A program made the translations under genes and the position numbers. The notes below the pieces were generated by a model. It was not told the DNA's origin and ran no database searches. It saw only the letters and a program-made list of their open reading frames with translations. From Terracidiphilus sp. (GTDB lineage: Bacteria; Acidobacteriota; Terriglobia; Terriglobales; Acidobacteriaceae), in contig DATJNF010000052.1 of assembly GCA_035508375.1 (NCBI GenBank), forward strand, positions 15,144 to 79,143: DNA of 64,000 nt, in the 5' to 3' direction. Below are positions 27,928-39,220 of the stretch, piece by piece. Position 1 is the first letter of the stretch. Each line of letters opens with the position of its first letter.

Positions 27928-30900
27928 TCAATCGCCATGGGCTTCTTCGAGCTCGGAGCCGATGCGCCGCAACTTCATCAGCTTCCACTGCAGTTTGTCA
28001 AAGAAGAGGTAAACCGCCGGCGTGGTAAACAGCGTGAGCGCCTGCGAAACCAGCAGGCCGCCGACTATGGTGATGCCCAGCGGCTTGCGCAGCTCCGAGC
28101 CCACGCCCATGCCGATGGCCAGCGGCAATCCGCCAAAGAGTGCGGCCATGGTGGTCATCATGATGGGCCGGAAGCGCAGCAGCGAGGACTGGTAGATGGC
28201 CTCGACCGGCGGAAGACCCTGGTCGCGCTCGGCCTGCAGCGCGAAGTCGATCATCAGGATTGCATTCTTCTTGACGATTCCGATGAGCAGGATGATGCCG
28301 ATGAGCGCAATGATGCTCAGCTCGGTTCCCGTAAGCAGCAGCGCCAGGATGGCGCCCGCGCCGGCCGGCGGCAGCGTGGAGAGAATCGTGAGCGGGTGAA
28401 TGAGGCTCTCGTAAAGAATGCCCAGCACGATATAAACCGCGATGATCGCCGCCAAAATCAGATAGGGCTCATCCCGCAGCGAATCCTGAAAGGCCTGTGC
28501 CGTTCCCTGGAACGTGGCGTGCACGGTGGACGGCATGCCTAGCTCGCGCTGCGTTCTTTCCAGCGCAGTCACGGCATCGCCGAGCGCGACGTTCGGCGCC
28601 AGGTTGAAGGTGAGCGTGACGGCGGGATACTGGCCCTGGTGATTGACCTGCAGCGAGGTGCGCTGGTTTGCGAAGTGCGCAATCGCGGAAAGCGGCACCA
28701 TGGCGCCGCCGGTGGAGTTCGCAGGCGTTGCGCCAGAATCGCCCACAGCCGTGGTAGTGCGCGGCATCGAGGTCGTGGCGCCCACTACGTTGTTGGCTTT
28801 GATGAAGATGCCATTGAGCGCGTCAGGGCTGCGCTGGTAGCGGGGATCAACCTCCATCACCACGTAATATTGGTTGAGCGACTGGTACATGGTCGAGACT
28901 TCGCGCTGGCCGAATGCGTCATACAGCACCTGGTCGATGGCGGCGGCCGAAATGCCGAGGCGCGATGCCGAATCGCGGTCGATCACCAGGTTCGTGGCCA
29001 GTCCCTGGTCCTGCTGATCGGTGGAGACGTCGCGCAGTTCAGGCATCTTCATGGCGCTGGCCAGCAGTTGCGGCGCCCACTGATTCAGCTCTTCGAGGTT
29101 CTCGTCCGACAGCGTGTACTGGTACTGCGCGGCGCTGCCACGCGCGCCGATCTGGATATCCTGCTGCGCCTGCAGAAAAAGCGTCGCACCGGGCACGCTG
29201 GTGAGCTTGCTGCGCAGACGGTTGACCACATCGTCCGAAGAGACGCGTCCGGGGCGCTCGTCAAGCGGCTTGAGCGCAATCCAGAACCGGCCCACATTGT
29301 TGCTTCCGCCGCCAGGACCACCGCCGCCGGCAAAGCCGTTCACCGTTTGAACCGCAGGATCAGTAAGCGTCATCTGCGCCAGCAGCTTTTGCTTGGCCAT
29401 CATGGATTCGAAGCTGATGTCCTGCGCGCCCATGGTCTGTCCGCTGATGCGTCCTGTGTCCTGCTGCGGAAAGAATCCCTTGGGCACAATCATGAACAGG
29501 TAAACATTTAAAACGGCGGTGCCCCCGGCTACGCCCAGAATGAACCACTGGTGCCGCAACACCCAGCGCAACGCCGCCGCGTACTCGGCATGCAGCCACT
29601 CGAAGGCCCGCTCGCTGGCGCGATACAAAGCGCCATGCCGGCACTCATCGCGCGGTTTCAGAAACCGTGCACAGAGCATCGGCGTTGTAGTGAGCGATAC
29701 GAGCAATGAGGCTGCGATAGCAACCGAGAGCGTGACCGCGAACTCGCGGAAGAGCTTGCCGACAATGCCGCCCATCAACAGAATCGGCGTAAACACAGCG
29801 ATGAGCGAAGTACTCATCGAGAGCACTGTAAACCCAATCTCTCGCGAGCCCTTCATGGCCGCGTCAAAGGGCTTCATGCCCATCTCGAGATACCGCGTGA
29901 TGTTTTCAATCACCACGATCGCGTCGTCCACCACAAAGCCGGTGGAGATGGTGAGCGCCATCAGCGAAAGATTGTCGATGCTGTAGCCGAGCAGGCTCAT
30001 CACGCCGAACGTGCTCACCAGCGAAAGCGGCACGGCAATCGAGGGAATAATGGTGGCCCAGACCTCGCGCAGGAAAAGAAAGACGACCAGCACCACCAGA
30101 ATCACGCTAATGAGGAGCGAGATTTCAACATCGCGCACGCTGGCCCGGATGGTCACCGTGCGATCGCTCACCACGTTAATGGCAATCGTGGGCGGAATCG
30201 AAGCCTGCAGCCTGGGCAGCTCGGCCAAGACCCGATCCACCGTAGAGATCACATTCGCGCCCGGGCTCTTGAAGATGAACAGCATGATCGCGTCGTGCAC
30301 CTGGCCAGACGGACCCACGACTGGATTGACGCCGGTCATGCCTCCCGTAAGCGAATTGGCCACGCCGTCATACACCTCGCCCAGGTCAGAGAGGCGCACG
30401 GGCGCACCAGTGGTCTTGTTGTAGCCGACGATGATCGGCGCATATTCGCGCGCTTTGAACATCTGATCGTTGTCACCGATAGCCCAGCGGTGCCCCTCGT
30501 CCTGAAAAGCTCCCTTCGGACGGTTGGCGTTGGCATTGGCCAGCGCGGTGCGGACCGCCTCAAGACCGATGCCGTTGTTGCCCAACTGCATCGGATTCAA
30601 TTCCACGCGGACTGCCGGGCTGGCGCTGCCGCCGACAAAGACCTGGCCCACACCCTGCACCTGCGAGATCTTCTGCGCCAGGATCGAGTCGGCCATGTCG
30701 TAGATCATCGCCTTCGGCACAACATCTGAACTCAACGTGAGGATGAGGATCGGCGCATCGGCGGGATTGGCCTTGCGATAGTTCGGATTCTGCGGCAGAT
30801 AGGAAGGCAGCTGCGTTCGCGCCGCGTTGATCGCTGCCTGCACGTCGCGCGCAGCTGCATCGATGTTGCGGTTGATATCGAATTGCAGCGCCACCGAAGC

Positions 30901-31164
30901 GGTGCCCAGCGAACTCGACGACGTCATCTGGTTCACTCCGGCGATGCGGCCGAACTGGCGTTCGAGTGGAGTGGCTACCGACGAAGCCATGGTGGTCGGG
31001 CTCGCCCCGGGCAGGCTGGCCTGCACGCCGATCACCGGGAAATCCACTTCCGGCAGCGAGGCGACAGGCAGTACCGAGTAGGCCACCGAGCCAGCCAGCA
31101 AAAGCGCCAGACTCAGCAGCGAAGTGGCAACCGGGCGCTTAATGAACGGTGCGGAGAGATGCAT
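27928..31164 (-). CDS. mdtC: RND efflux permease, MdtC-like
   Basis: Motifs [25 protein letters not shown] and RFRPIMMTT. Confidence 0.85.
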   Translation of the reverse strand: MHLSAPFIKRPVATSLLSLALLLAGSVAYSVLPVASLPEVDFPVIGVQASLPGASPTTMASSVATPLERQFGRIAGVNQMTSSSSLGTASVALQFDINRNIDAAARDVQAAINAARTQLPSYLPQNPNYRKANPADAPILILTLSSDVVPKAMIYDMADSILAQKISQVQGVGQVFVGGSASPAVRVELNPMQLGNNGIGLEAVRTALANANANRPKGAFQDEGHRWAIGDNDQMFKAREYAPIIVGYNKTTGAPVRLSDLGEVYDGVANSLTGGMTGVNPVVGPSGQVHDAIMLFIFKSPGANVISTVDRVLAELPRLQASIPPTIAINVVSDRTVTIRASVRDVEISLLISVILVVLVVFLFLREVWATIIPSIAVPLSLVSTFGVMSLLGYSIDNLSLMALTISTGFVVDDAIVVIENITRYLEMGMKPFDAAMKGSREIGFTVLSMSTSLIAVFTPILLMGGIVGKLFREFAVTLSVAIAASLLVSLTTTPMLCARFLKPRDECRHGALYRASERAFEWLHAEYAAALRWVLRHQWFILGVAGGTAVLNVYLFMIVPKGFFPQQDTGRISGQTMGAQDISFESMMAKQKLLAQMTLTDPAVQTVNGFAGGGGPGGGSNNVGRFWIALKPLDERPGRVSSDDVVNRLRSKLTSVPGATLFLQAQQDIQIGARGSAAQYQYTLSDENLEELNQWAPQLLASAMKMPELRDVSTDQQDQGLATNLVIDRDSASRLGISAAAIDQVLYDAFGQREVSTMYQSLNQYYVVMEVDPRYQRSPDALNGIFIKANNVVGATTSMPRTTTAVGDSGATPANSTGGAMVPLSAIAHFANQRTSLQVNHQGQYPAVTLTFNLAPNVALGDAVTALERTQRELGMPSTVHATFQGTAQAFQDSLRDEPYLILAAIIAVYIVLGILYESLIHPLTILSTLPPAGAGAILALLLTGTELSIIALIGIILLIGIVKKNAILMIDFALQAERDQGLPPVEAIYQSSLLRFRPIMMTTMAALFGGLPLAIGMGVGSELRKPLGITIVGGLLVSQALTLFTTPAVYLFFDKLQWKLMKLRRIGSELEEAHGD

Positions 31165-31174
31165 GGGGCTGCCC

Positions 31175-34100
31175 TCAATCAGCGCTGACGGTTTCCGGTT
31201 CGGGACTATGCTCGAGCTCGCGCGGCTTCATGCGATGCGCCAGCTTGTCGAAGTAGAGATACACCACCGGCGTGGTAAACAGCGTAAGCATCTGCGAGAA
31301 GATGAGCCCGCCGACGATGGTTACACCTAACGGTATACGCAGCTCTGCACCGACGCCACCGCCGAGCGCCAATGGCAAACCGCCAAGGAGTGCGGCCATC
31401 GTCGTCATCACGATGGGCCGGAAGCGCAACAGGCACGCCTGAAAGATGGCCTCCTCGGCCGGCTTGCCCTCGTCGCGCTCGGCCTGCAGCGCGAAGTCGA
31501 TCATCATGATGGCGTTCTTCTGCACAATGCCGATGAGCAGGATCATGCCGATGAGTGCAATCACGCTGAAATCCACATGCGTGATCATCAGCGCGAGCAA
31601 CGCGCCCACACCTGCGGACGGCAGCGTGGAAATAATGGTAATGGGATGGATGTAGCTCTCATACAGCACGCCGAGCACAATGTACACCGTGATCAGCGCG
31701 GCCAGAATCAGCAGTGGCTCGTTCGCCAATGAGCTCTGAAAGGCCGCGGCTGTGCCTTCAAAGCTGGCATTGATCGATGCCGGCATCTGGATGCGCTGCT
31801 CGACACTGTTCACAGCTTTGACGGCATCGCCCAGCGCCTTCCCGGACGCAAGATTGAAGCTGACCACCGTAGAAGGAAATTGTCCCTGGTGGCCGATGGC
31901 CAGCTGCGCCCGCGATTGCTCCCAGTGCGCCAGCATGCTGAGCGGAACCTGCGTGCCGTTGCCGGATTTCACGTAGAGACTCTGGAGCGTGGTCGGATCG
32001 GTCTGGTAGCTCGGGCCCACCTCGATCACCACATGATACTGGTTGAGCTGCGTAAAGATTGTGGAGACCTGGCGCTGGCCGAAGGCGTCGTAGAGCGTGT
32101 TGTCGATGTCGGCCATCGCGATGCCGAGCCGAGCCGCCGTGTCGCGATCGATGACAAGCTGCGCGCCGAGGCCCTGGTCCTGCAGATCGCTGGCTACATC
32201 GGTCACCACAGGCTCTTTGCTCAGCTCGTCGACCATCTTGCGCGTGTAGAGGGCCAGCTCACTCGGATTGGGGTCTTCGAGCGAATATTGAAATTCTGTC
32301 CGGCTCACGCGGTCTTCCACTGTCAGGTCCTGCAGCGGCTGCAGGAAGAGCTGAATGCCTCCGACCTGCGCAAGCTGCGGCTGCAGACGGTGGATCACAT
32401 CCGTTGCCGAAACTTTGCGCACGTCGAGCGGCTTGAGCGTGATCTGGATACGGCCGGAGTTCAGCGTCGTATTCGTACCGTCGACCCCGATGAAGGACGA
32501 GACGTTATCGACGGCCGGATCTCTCAACACAATATCCACAAGCCGCTGCTGCCGCTCGGCCATGCTCTTGAAGCTCACCGTCTGCGGCGCTTCGCTGATC
32601 CCCAGGATGACGCCGGTGTCCTGCACCGGGAAAAATCCCTTGGGTACTTCGATGAAGAGCACTACCGTTGCCACAAATGTGGAGATCGTTACCAGCAGCG
32701 TGGCGAACCGGTGACGCAGAATGACGCGCAGCATGCGGCCGTAAGCGGCAATGATCGCGTTGAAGACATTCTCTGACCAGTTATAGAAGCGCGTCTGCTT
32801 CGCTTCCGCCTTGCCGCGCAGAATCCGCGAGCACATCATGGGCGTGAGCGTGAGCGAGACGACGGCAGAGACGAGAATGGTCACCGCCAGTGTAATGGCA
32901 AACTCGCGGAAGAGCCGGCCCACCACATCGCTCATGAACAGCAAGGGAATGAGCACCGCGATCAGCGACACCGTGAGCGACATGATGGTGAAGCCGATCT
33001 GCTCGCTGCCCTTGAGCGCGGCGCGCATCGGGCTCATGCCTTCCTCGATGAACCGCGAGATGTTCTCGATCATCACGATGGCATCGTCCACCACGAAGCC
33101 CGTCGAAATGGTGAGCGCCATCAGCGTGAGGTTATTCAGCGAGTAGCCCAGCAGATACATCACCCCAAAGGTGCCCACGATCGAAAGCGGCACCGCGACC
33201 GAAGGAATGACGGTGGCGGCCAGGTTGCGCAGGAAGAGAAAGATCACCATCACGACCAGCGCGACGGTGAGCATCAGCTCGTACTCGACATCCTTCACAG
33301 AAGCGCGGATGGTTACGGTGCGGTCCGTGAGCACGTGCACCTGCACGGTGGCGGGCAGGGCCTGCTGCAACTGCGGCAGCAGTTTGTGAATGCGATCGAC
33401 GACGGCGATGATGTTCGCGCCCGGCTGCCGCTGGATGTTCACAATCACCGCCGGCTGCTTGCCCATCCACGCGGCCTGCTGGTTGTTTTCCGCGGCGTCG
33501 ATAATGGTCGCCACATCCGACGCACGCACAGGCGCGCCGTTCCTGTATGCGACGATCACCGGCTTGTAGTCTTCGCTCGAAAGCAGCTGATCGTTTGCGC
33601 CGATCGTGTAGGACTGCCGCGAGCCATTGAGCGTACCTTTTGCCTGATCCACATTCGCAGCGGCTACGGCGGAGCGCAGATCTTCGAGGCTCAGGTTATA
33701 GGCGGCCAGTTGTGCGGGATTCGCCTGAATACGGACCGATGGCTTCTGGCCGCCGGCGATCGCAACCATACCCACGCCAGTCACCTGCGAGATCTTCTGC
33801 GCCAGGTTCGTGTCCGCTGCGTCTTCGATCTTATCCAGTGGCAGCGAGTTCGACGTGAGCGCGAGCGTCATGATCGGCGCGTCAGCCGGGTTGACTTTGC
33901 TGTAGATCGGCGGGTTGGGCAGGTCAGCAGGCAAGAAACTGGTCGCCGCGTTGATCGCAGCCTGCACCTCCTGCTCGGCCACGTCGATGTTCTCGTCGAG
34001 ATTGAATTCGAGGGTGATGACTGAGCCGCCGCCGGAGCTCACCGACGTCATCTGCTTGAGGCCCGGCATCTGGCCAAACTGCCGTTCCAGGGGCGCGGTT

Positions 34101-34294
34101 ACGGAAGAAGCCATCACCTCCGGCCCGCCGCCGGGATAGAACGTCAGCACCTGAATGATGGGGTAATCGACCTCAGGCAGCGCCGAGACCGGTAGTTGTT
34201 GAAAGCCGAGGCCGCCCGCAAGCAAAATTGCCGCCATCAGCAGCGAAGTAGCCACCGGGCGCAAGATAAACGGCCGGGATGGGCTCAGGCTCAC
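31175..34294 (-). CDS. mdtB: RND efflux permease, MdtB-like
   Basis: Motifs [23 protein letters not shown] and GFVVDDAIV. Confidence 0.85.
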   Translation of the reverse strand: MSLSPSRPFILRPVATSLLMAAILLAGGLGFQQLPVSALPEVDYPIIQVLTFYPGGGPEVMASSVTAPLERQFGQMPGLKQMTSVSSGGGSVITLEFNLDENIDVAEQEVQAAINAATSFLPADLPNPPIYSKVNPADAPIMTLALTSNSLPLDKIEDAADTNLAQKISQVTGVGMVAIAGGQKPSVRIQANPAQLAAYNLSLEDLRSAVAAANVDQAKGTLNGSRQSYTIGANDQLLSSEDYKPVIVAYRNGAPVRASDVATIIDAAENNQQAAWMGKQPAVIVNIQRQPGANIIAVVDRIHKLLPQLQQALPATVQVHVLTDRTVTIRASVKDVEYELMLTVALVVMVIFLFLRNLAATVIPSVAVPLSIVGTFGVMYLLGYSLNNLTLMALTISTGFVVDDAIVMIENISRFIEEGMSPMRAALKGSEQIGFTIMSLTVSLIAVLIPLLFMSDVVGRLFREFAITLAVTILVSAVVSLTLTPMMCSRILRGKAEAKQTRFYNWSENVFNAIIAAYGRMLRVILRHRFATLLVTISTFVATVVLFIEVPKGFFPVQDTGVILGISEAPQTVSFKSMAERQQRLVDIVLRDPAVDNVSSFIGVDGTNTTLNSGRIQITLKPLDVRKVSATDVIHRLQPQLAQVGGIQLFLQPLQDLTVEDRVSRTEFQYSLEDPNPSELALYTRKMVDELSKEPVVTDVASDLQDQGLGAQLVIDRDTAARLGIAMADIDNTLYDAFGQRQVSTIFTQLNQYHVVIEVGPSYQTDPTTLQSLYVKSGNGTQVPLSMLAHWEQSRAQLAIGHQGQFPSTVVSFNLASGKALGDAVKAVNSVEQRIQMPASINASFEGTAAAFQSSLANEPLLILAALITVYIVLGVLYESYIHPITIISTLPSAGVGALLALMITHVDFSVIALIGMILLIGIVQKNAIMMIDFALQAERDEGKPAEEAIFQACLLRFRPIVMTTMAALLGGLPLALGGGVGAELRIPLGVTIVGGLIFSQMLTLFTTPVVYLYFDKLAHRMKPRELEHSPEPETVSAD

Positions 34295-35640
34295 GGCATC
34301 TGCCCCTGCGTCACGCCGCCCTTATTCGCCGGCGCGGGCGGAACGGCTAGATCGCCGCCCAGTTCCGAAGTCACCAGACCGCTGCTGGACTGGGGTGCGT
34401 CGCTGGCAATCACCACCGCATCGGGATGCAGACGGTCGGCGCCGTCCACTACCACTTTCTGGCCCGCCGACACACCGCTGTCGAGAATCGTGGCCTGCCC
34501 CTGTGCCAGCGCGACCTTCACCGGCTTCATCTTCACCGTGGCATTGCCCCTGGCGTCGGTATCCGTCACCCACACATACGCGCCATTGATTCCGCTCTGA
34601 ATCGCTGCGGAGGGCACCACCAACGCCTTCGGGCGGTTCTCCATCACCAGGTGAATGTTCACAAATTGCGAAGGAAAGAGCAGATTGTCTGCATTCGAAA
34701 AGACAGCCTTCAGCCGGTCGGTGCCCGTGGTCGTGTCGATCTGGTTATCGGCTGTCAAAAGCTGTCCAGAGGCGAGCCTCTGCACGTCGCCTTTGTCGTA
34801 GGCATCTACCGGGAGCTGCCGGTCGGAGGCGAGTTTCCGGAGCACCTGGGGCAGTTCGTTTTCGGGCAGCGTAAAGTAAACCGCGATTGGCTGGAACTGG
34901 TTGATTACCACCAGATTGGTCGTATTGGCGGTGATGATGTTGCCGGGATCTACCAGCCGCAATCCGATGCGGCCGGTAATAGGCGACTGGATGGTGCACC
35001 AGCTGAGCTGCAGCTCGGCCGTCTCGATGGCCGCTTTATCGGCCTGGATCGCGCCCTGGTACTGGCCCATCGCCGCTTCGTCGGCGTCGAGCGTCTCCTT
35101 GGAGACCACCCCTGCCTCGAACAAAGCCTTGTAGCGGGCAAACTCAGCCTGCGCATTCTTGAGCAGGGCCTCGTCATGCGCGAGCGTCCCTTTAGCCTGA
35201 TCCAGAGCCGCCTGGTAGGGCTTGGGGTCGATCACCATGATGGTCTCGCCCTCGTGGACCTGCTGCCCTTCGGTAAACTTCACCGGAAGCAGTTCGCCGC
35301 TGACCCGCGCCTTCACGGTAACGCTGTAGTACGGCGTGACCGTGCCGAGCGCCGTGAGATAGATGGGCATAGGCCGCATGGCCACGGGCGTCACCTGCAC
35401 GGGGACAGGCCGATTCTGGAGTTCCGCGGCCTGCCGGGCGCTGTTCTGCTTGCTCAGCTGCTGGTTGTGATAGATGCGCCAAGCTGCGAGGCCCAGCGCG
35501 CAGACCAATACCAGGTACACGACAACGCGGATCCTAGATCCGTTCCTCGACCCTTTGCGGGCCGGCGGCTCGGCGTAAGCGCTACCGTTAGGCAAGTGAG
35601 ACTGAGATGTAGCTTCACTGCTCATTGTGTCGATGGCCAT
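34291..35640 (-). CDS. mdtA: RND periplasmic adaptor, MdtA-like
   Basis: N-terminal TM segment, [30 protein letters not shown] and [10 protein letters not shown]. Confidence 0.85.
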   Translation of the reverse strand: MAIDTMSSEATSQSHLPNGSAYAEPPARKGSRNGSRIRVVVYLVLVCALGLAAWRIYHNQQLSKQNSARQAAELQNRPVPVQVTPVAMRPMPIYLTALGTVTPYYSVTVKARVSGELLPVKFTEGQQVHEGETIMVIDPKPYQAALDQAKGTLAHDEALLKNAQAEFARYKALFEAGVVSKETLDADEAAMGQYQGAIQADKAAIETAELQLSWCTIQSPITGRIGLRLVDPGNIITANTTNLVVINQFQPIAVYFTLPENELPQVLRKLASDRQLPVDAYDKGDVQRLASGQLLTADNQIDTTTGTDRLKAVFSNADNLLFPSQFVNIHLVMENRPKALVVPSAAIQSGINGAYVWVTDTDARGNATVKMKPVKVALAQGQATILDSGVSAGQKVVVDGADRLHPDAVVIASDAPQSSSGLVTSELGGDLAVPPAPANKGGVTQGQMP

Positions 35641-35991
35641 CGCTTTCTCTTGTTCTGAAAGAGCCACCCGAAGCACATTCGGTGCGGCAGTCGGTCTGTA
35701 CGCTTTCCGGTAAGCGCAGTCCGCATCTATGCTTCAGCTACGAAACTATGGCTTCCAAGCATTCCACCGCCCCAACGGACCCGGAATCAGGCGTGCGGAA
35801 GAAAACTACCTAAGGAGCATTACGTTCCCGGAGGAGGAAAAGACGCGATCATTGTATGCTAACCGGGCGAATCTGTCGCAAGGCGAAAGCGCTCGTGGGA
35901 ACCGCGATGCGGAACGCGCGGGTCGGCGCAGGCCGTCGGCCCCACGAAATCCGCGGCTGCCAGGGTGCGAATCCTGATAGGGGGCTGGGAT

Positions 35992-36657
35992 ATGAGGGTC
36001 CTGATTTTTGGGGCAACCGGCATGGTGGGCCAGAGTGTGCTGCGGGAATGCCTGCGCGATTCCGGGGTGGGGCAGATCATTACAGTCGGACGTAACGCGA
36101 CCGGCGTCGAAGACGCCAAGCTAACCGAGATTGTGCTCCCGGATATGGGCGACTACGGCGTGATTGAACCTCAGCTCAAGGGCTTTGACGTGTGCTTTTT
36201 CTGCCTTGGCATCTCCTCCGCCGGCATGACGGAGGCCGACTATACGCGCGTCACGTACGGCCTCACGCTCGCGGCCGCGGAAACTCTTGCCCGGCTCAAC
36301 CATGGGATGACGTTTATCTATGTCTCCGGCGCCGGCACGGATTCGACCGAAGCGGGAAGGATCATGTGGGCGCGGGTGAAGGGCCGCACGGAAAATGCAC
36401 TGTTGCGCCTTCCGCTCAACGCCTACATGTTTCGTCCGGGGGCGATCGAGCCTATGGACGGAATCCGTTCCCGCACTCCCTCCTACCGGGTGATCTACGC
36501 GCTCACCAAGCCGTTGCTGCCGCTGCTTCGATGGGCGCTGCCGAATCAGATCGTCAGCACCCGCGAACTGGGCCGCGCCATGCTGCGCGTCGCCCGGCGA
36601 GGCTACGGCCTGCGCATTCTGGAGACCCGGGATATCCGGGCCGCCGCAGAGGGTTAA
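35992..36657 (+). CDS. NAD(P)-binding epimerase/dehydratase-like protein
   Basis: GATGMVG Rossmann motif; FFCLG; WARVKG.TEN. Confidence 0.8.
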   Translation: MRVLIFGATGMVGQSVLRECLRDSGVGQIITVGRNATGVEDAKLTEIVLPDMGDYGVIEPQLKGFDVCFFCLGISSAGMTEADYTRVTYGLTLAAAETLARLNHGMTFIYVSGAGTDSTEAGRIMWARVKGRTENALLRLPLNAYMFRPGAIEPMDGIRSRTPSYRVIYALTKPLLPLLRWALPNQIVSTRELGRAMLRVARRGYGLRILETRDIRAAAEG

Positions 36658-36764
36658 ACCATTCAACTTTCCCCGCTCGCTGCCAAAGGGAGCCTGTGCT
36701 AGCAGGAGGACCTCATCCCGGCCCCGTCATGCCCGTGGTAGAGTGAGATTCCACGGAGGACAGG

Positions 36765-37943
36765 ATGGCGGCCGGAACCCAGCTTGCGGGCAACCACGAA
36801 ATTATCGACCTGCAGCAACAGGTGGTGCGGCTGCAGGCGCTGCTCGAGGCTTCGCGGCAGGTGCACTCCACCATTCAGGAAAGAGAAGTCCTGGAGCAGG
36901 TACTGCGGATCGTGGTGCGCGAGCTGGAGATGGACGGAGCCGCGTTCCCCAGCACCGGTCTCAGCATCGGCGTATCCGCTGAATCCGATGCCAACGGGCC
37001 CGAGCAGCCCCGGTTTCCCCTCGACGACCGCGATGGCAGACGGATGACCGAGTTGGTAGTGACCACGCCCAGCGGCCGCCCGCTAACGCTTTACGAGGCG
37101 GACTTCCTGGAAGGACTGGCGCTGCAGGCAGCCGTGGCTCTCGAAAACGCCCGCAATCATAAGCGCAACCTGGAATTTGTGCGGCTGCAACAGGACCTGG
37201 AGGCGGCCCGGCAAATCCAGCGCTCGCTGCTGCCGCAGAAGCTTCCTCAAATCCCAGGCTATTCGATTTGCTTCCGCTCCGACACCTGTTATGAGGTCGG
37301 CGGCGACTATCTGGACATTGTCGACCAGCCCGATGGCAGTCTGCTGATTGCCGTTGCCGACGTCGCCGGGAAGGGCCTTGCCTCAGCCATCATGTCCATG
37401 GGCTTCCGCTCAGCCTTTCGCGGCATCGCGGCCAACGGCATACCCCTGGACGAGCTCGCCACGCGTATGAACCAACACCACTGGGCCGAAGGCGAAGAGG
37501 CGCGGCGGCGCTATGTGACAGCCATCTTTATGCGGCTGCACCCCGAGGCGGGGGAGATCGAAGTGGCGAACGCCGGGCACAATCCCGGATTCCTGGTCAG
37601 GCCCGGTGCTGCGCCGCATCAGTTCCACGCTGCAGGGCCGCCGCTGGGAATGCTGCCGGGAATGCGCTATTCCAGCGAAAAAAGCAGCTTCGAGTCCGGT
37701 GCACGCCTGCTCTTCTACACCGATGGCCTGACGGAGGTCTTCAGAGGCGATGAGGAGTTTGGTCCGGAACGGCTTTTGGAGGAATTTTGCCGGTGCCGGG
37801 CCGAGAATGCCGATGGTATTCTCGATGCATTGTGGACGGCCATTCAACAGTTTGCCGAGGGCGGCCCGCAGGGAGACGACATGACCGCATTGGCGCTCGC
37901 TGCCGCGGGCCCCGGCGCAGGCTGTAGGGAGACGCCGGCATGA
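36765..37943 (+). CDS. PP2C/SpoIIE (RsbU-like) phosphatase with short GAF-like N-terminus
   Basis: Motifs EVGGDYLD, ADVAGKG, NAGHNP, YTDGLTE and GDDMT. Confidence 0.88.
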   Translation: MAAGTQLAGNHEIIDLQQQVVRLQALLEASRQVHSTIQEREVLEQVLRIVVRELEMDGAAFPSTGLSIGVSAESDANGPEQPRFPLDDRDGRRMTELVVTTPSGRPLTLYEADFLEGLALQAAVALENARNHKRNLEFVRLQQDLEAARQIQRSLLPQKLPQIPGYSICFRSDTCYEVGGDYLDIVDQPDGSLLIAVADVAGKGLASAIMSMGFRSAFRGIAANGIPLDELATRMNQHHWAEGEEARRRYVTAIFMRLHPEAGEIEVANAGHNPGFLVRPGAAPHQFHAAGPPLGMLPGMRYSSEKSSFESGARLLFYTDGLTEVFRGDEEFGPERLLEEFCRCRAENADGILDALWTAIQQFAEGGPQGDDMTALALAAAGPGAGCRETPA

Positions 37944-38386
37944 ACGCGTCAAAGAGCACCACCGTCGAGGTCCGGCTGCCTTCGCGCCTGGGCTTTGAAA
38001 AGGTGGCCATGAGTACGGCATCGGCCGTGGCCAAGCTCATGGGTTTTCGCGAAGATCGCATCGAAGACCTAAAGACGGCTGTCGCCGAAGCCTGCATCAA
38101 TGCCATTGAACATGGCAACCGGCTCAATGAGAAACTGTCTGTAGGCGTCGTTCTTTCCGCCCACGAAGACTCGCTCGAAGTGAAGGTGATTGACGATGGC
38201 AAGGGCATGATGAAGCGGCCCGCCAAGCCTGATATCGACCGCAAGATGCACGGAGAGGAAGACCCCCGGGGTCTGGGCATGTTTCTCATCCAGGCTCTGG
38301 TGGACGAAGCCGAGTGGGTAGCCGGGGCCGATGGCAAAAGCAGCTATGTCCGCCTGCTGATTCGGCTGGATAAAGATTCGGAATAG
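37940..38386 (+). CDS. RsbW/SpoIIAB-like anti-sigma serine kinase
   Basis: Motifs EACINAIEHGN, DDGKG and RGLGMFLIQALVD. Confidence 0.88.
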   Translation: MNASKSTTVEVRLPSRLGFEKVAMSTASAVAKLMGFREDRIEDLKTAVAEACINAIEHGNRLNEKLSVGVVLSAHEDSLEVKVIDDGKGMMKRPAKPDIDRKMHGEEDPRGLGMFLIQALVDEAEWVAGADGKSSYVRLLIRLDKDSE

Positions 38387-38405
38387 GACCGGAGGCAATA
38401 CCAAC

Positions 38406-38765
38406 TTGCAGAGCGAAACTAAATCGCGCATTGATCAGCTGACTTCACCCGCGGGTCATCCCGTCGCCGTTCTGCGCTTTGAAGGCGATATCGCCAGCAC
38501 TTCTAAAGAGGCGGTCCTCGGCGCCTACCAGTCCCTGCCCAAGGCGACCACCAAGCTGATCCTGCTCGATTTCACGCGGGTGGATTACATCAACTCAAGC
38601 GGCATCGCGCTGGTAATTCAACTGCTCATCGAAGCCTCCAACGCCGGCCAGAAGGTCTACGCTTTCGGACTCTCGCCACACTTCACGAAAGTCTTCACCA
38701 TGGTGGGCATCACCAAGTACGCCGAGCTGTTCGCGAGTGAACACGAGGCGCTGACCGCACTTTAG
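38406..38765 (+). CDS. STAS-domain anti-sigma antagonist (RsbV-like)
   Basis: LDFTRVDYINSSG with the phosphoacceptor Ser. Confidence 0.88.
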   Translation: MQSETKSRIDQLTSPAGHPVAVLRFEGDIASTSKEAVLGAYQSLPKATTKLILLDFTRVDYINSSGIALVIQLLIEASNAGQKVYAFGLSPHFTKVFTMVGITKYAELFASEHEALTAL

Positions 38766-38772
38766 TCGAGAA

Positions 38773-38809
38773 GCAGGCGCTTAGCCTGCGATTGTGCATA
38801 CAATTGTGC
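38773..38809. promoter_or_regulatory. Hairpin plus repeated ATTGTGC sites upstream of the prlF-yhaV pair
   Basis: GCAGGC-gctta-GCCTGC hairpin; ATTGTGC at 38791 and 38803; ATTGT-gcat-ACAAT inverted repeat containing TACAAT. Confidence 0.45.
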
Positions 38810-38831
38810 TAACATGATTTTAGGAAATTCT

Positions 38832-39206
38832 ATGCCCGCAATCAAAGACAAGAAGTCTGCCGCTCCAACCAGCTTCGCTGTGTATCGGGGCAGGCGAGCT
38901 CAAACCGGAAACTCATCCGGTTTTCGCTTCGAAGGCGCGCTGTTCAAGAGCCATCCAGAGTTCAACGGCGAGGTTAAAGCACAAGTTATTTCTCCTGGTC
39001 GGATGTTGGTGACGGCAGAGAGCGGTACTCGCGAAGCAACCGATCCAGTGATGGCTTCCTTCCTGGCATTTCTCGGAAGCGATATTGCCAGCCATCCCGA
39101 GAAGGTCTCGCCGCTCGACGAGAATCTTGTGCGGAGTGCGTCGAAATTGACTAAGGGCGTTGTCGTGGACCCCGAGGAAGATCTCGGCGGTCAGGACATC
39201 CTGTAA
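38832..39206 (+). CDS. prlF: PrlF-family antitoxin
   Basis: AbrB-like N-terminus (QTGNSSGFRF) and C-terminal DPVMASFLAFLGSDI..HPE; directly upstream of yhaV. Confidence 0.78.
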   Translation: MPAIKDKKSAAPTSFAVYRGRRAQTGNSSGFRFEGALFKSHPEFNGEVKAQVISPGRMLVTAESGTREATDPVMASFLAFLGSDIASHPEKVSPLDENLVRSASKLTKGVVVDPEEDLGGQDIL

Positions 39207-39220
39207 TATTCCGTTCGGCC

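Noticed and set aside
27928-35640. Duplicated RND permease genes without an outer-membrane factor
   Set aside because: This is the ordinary MdtABC heteromeric arrangement; the outer-membrane channel is commonly encoded elsewhere.
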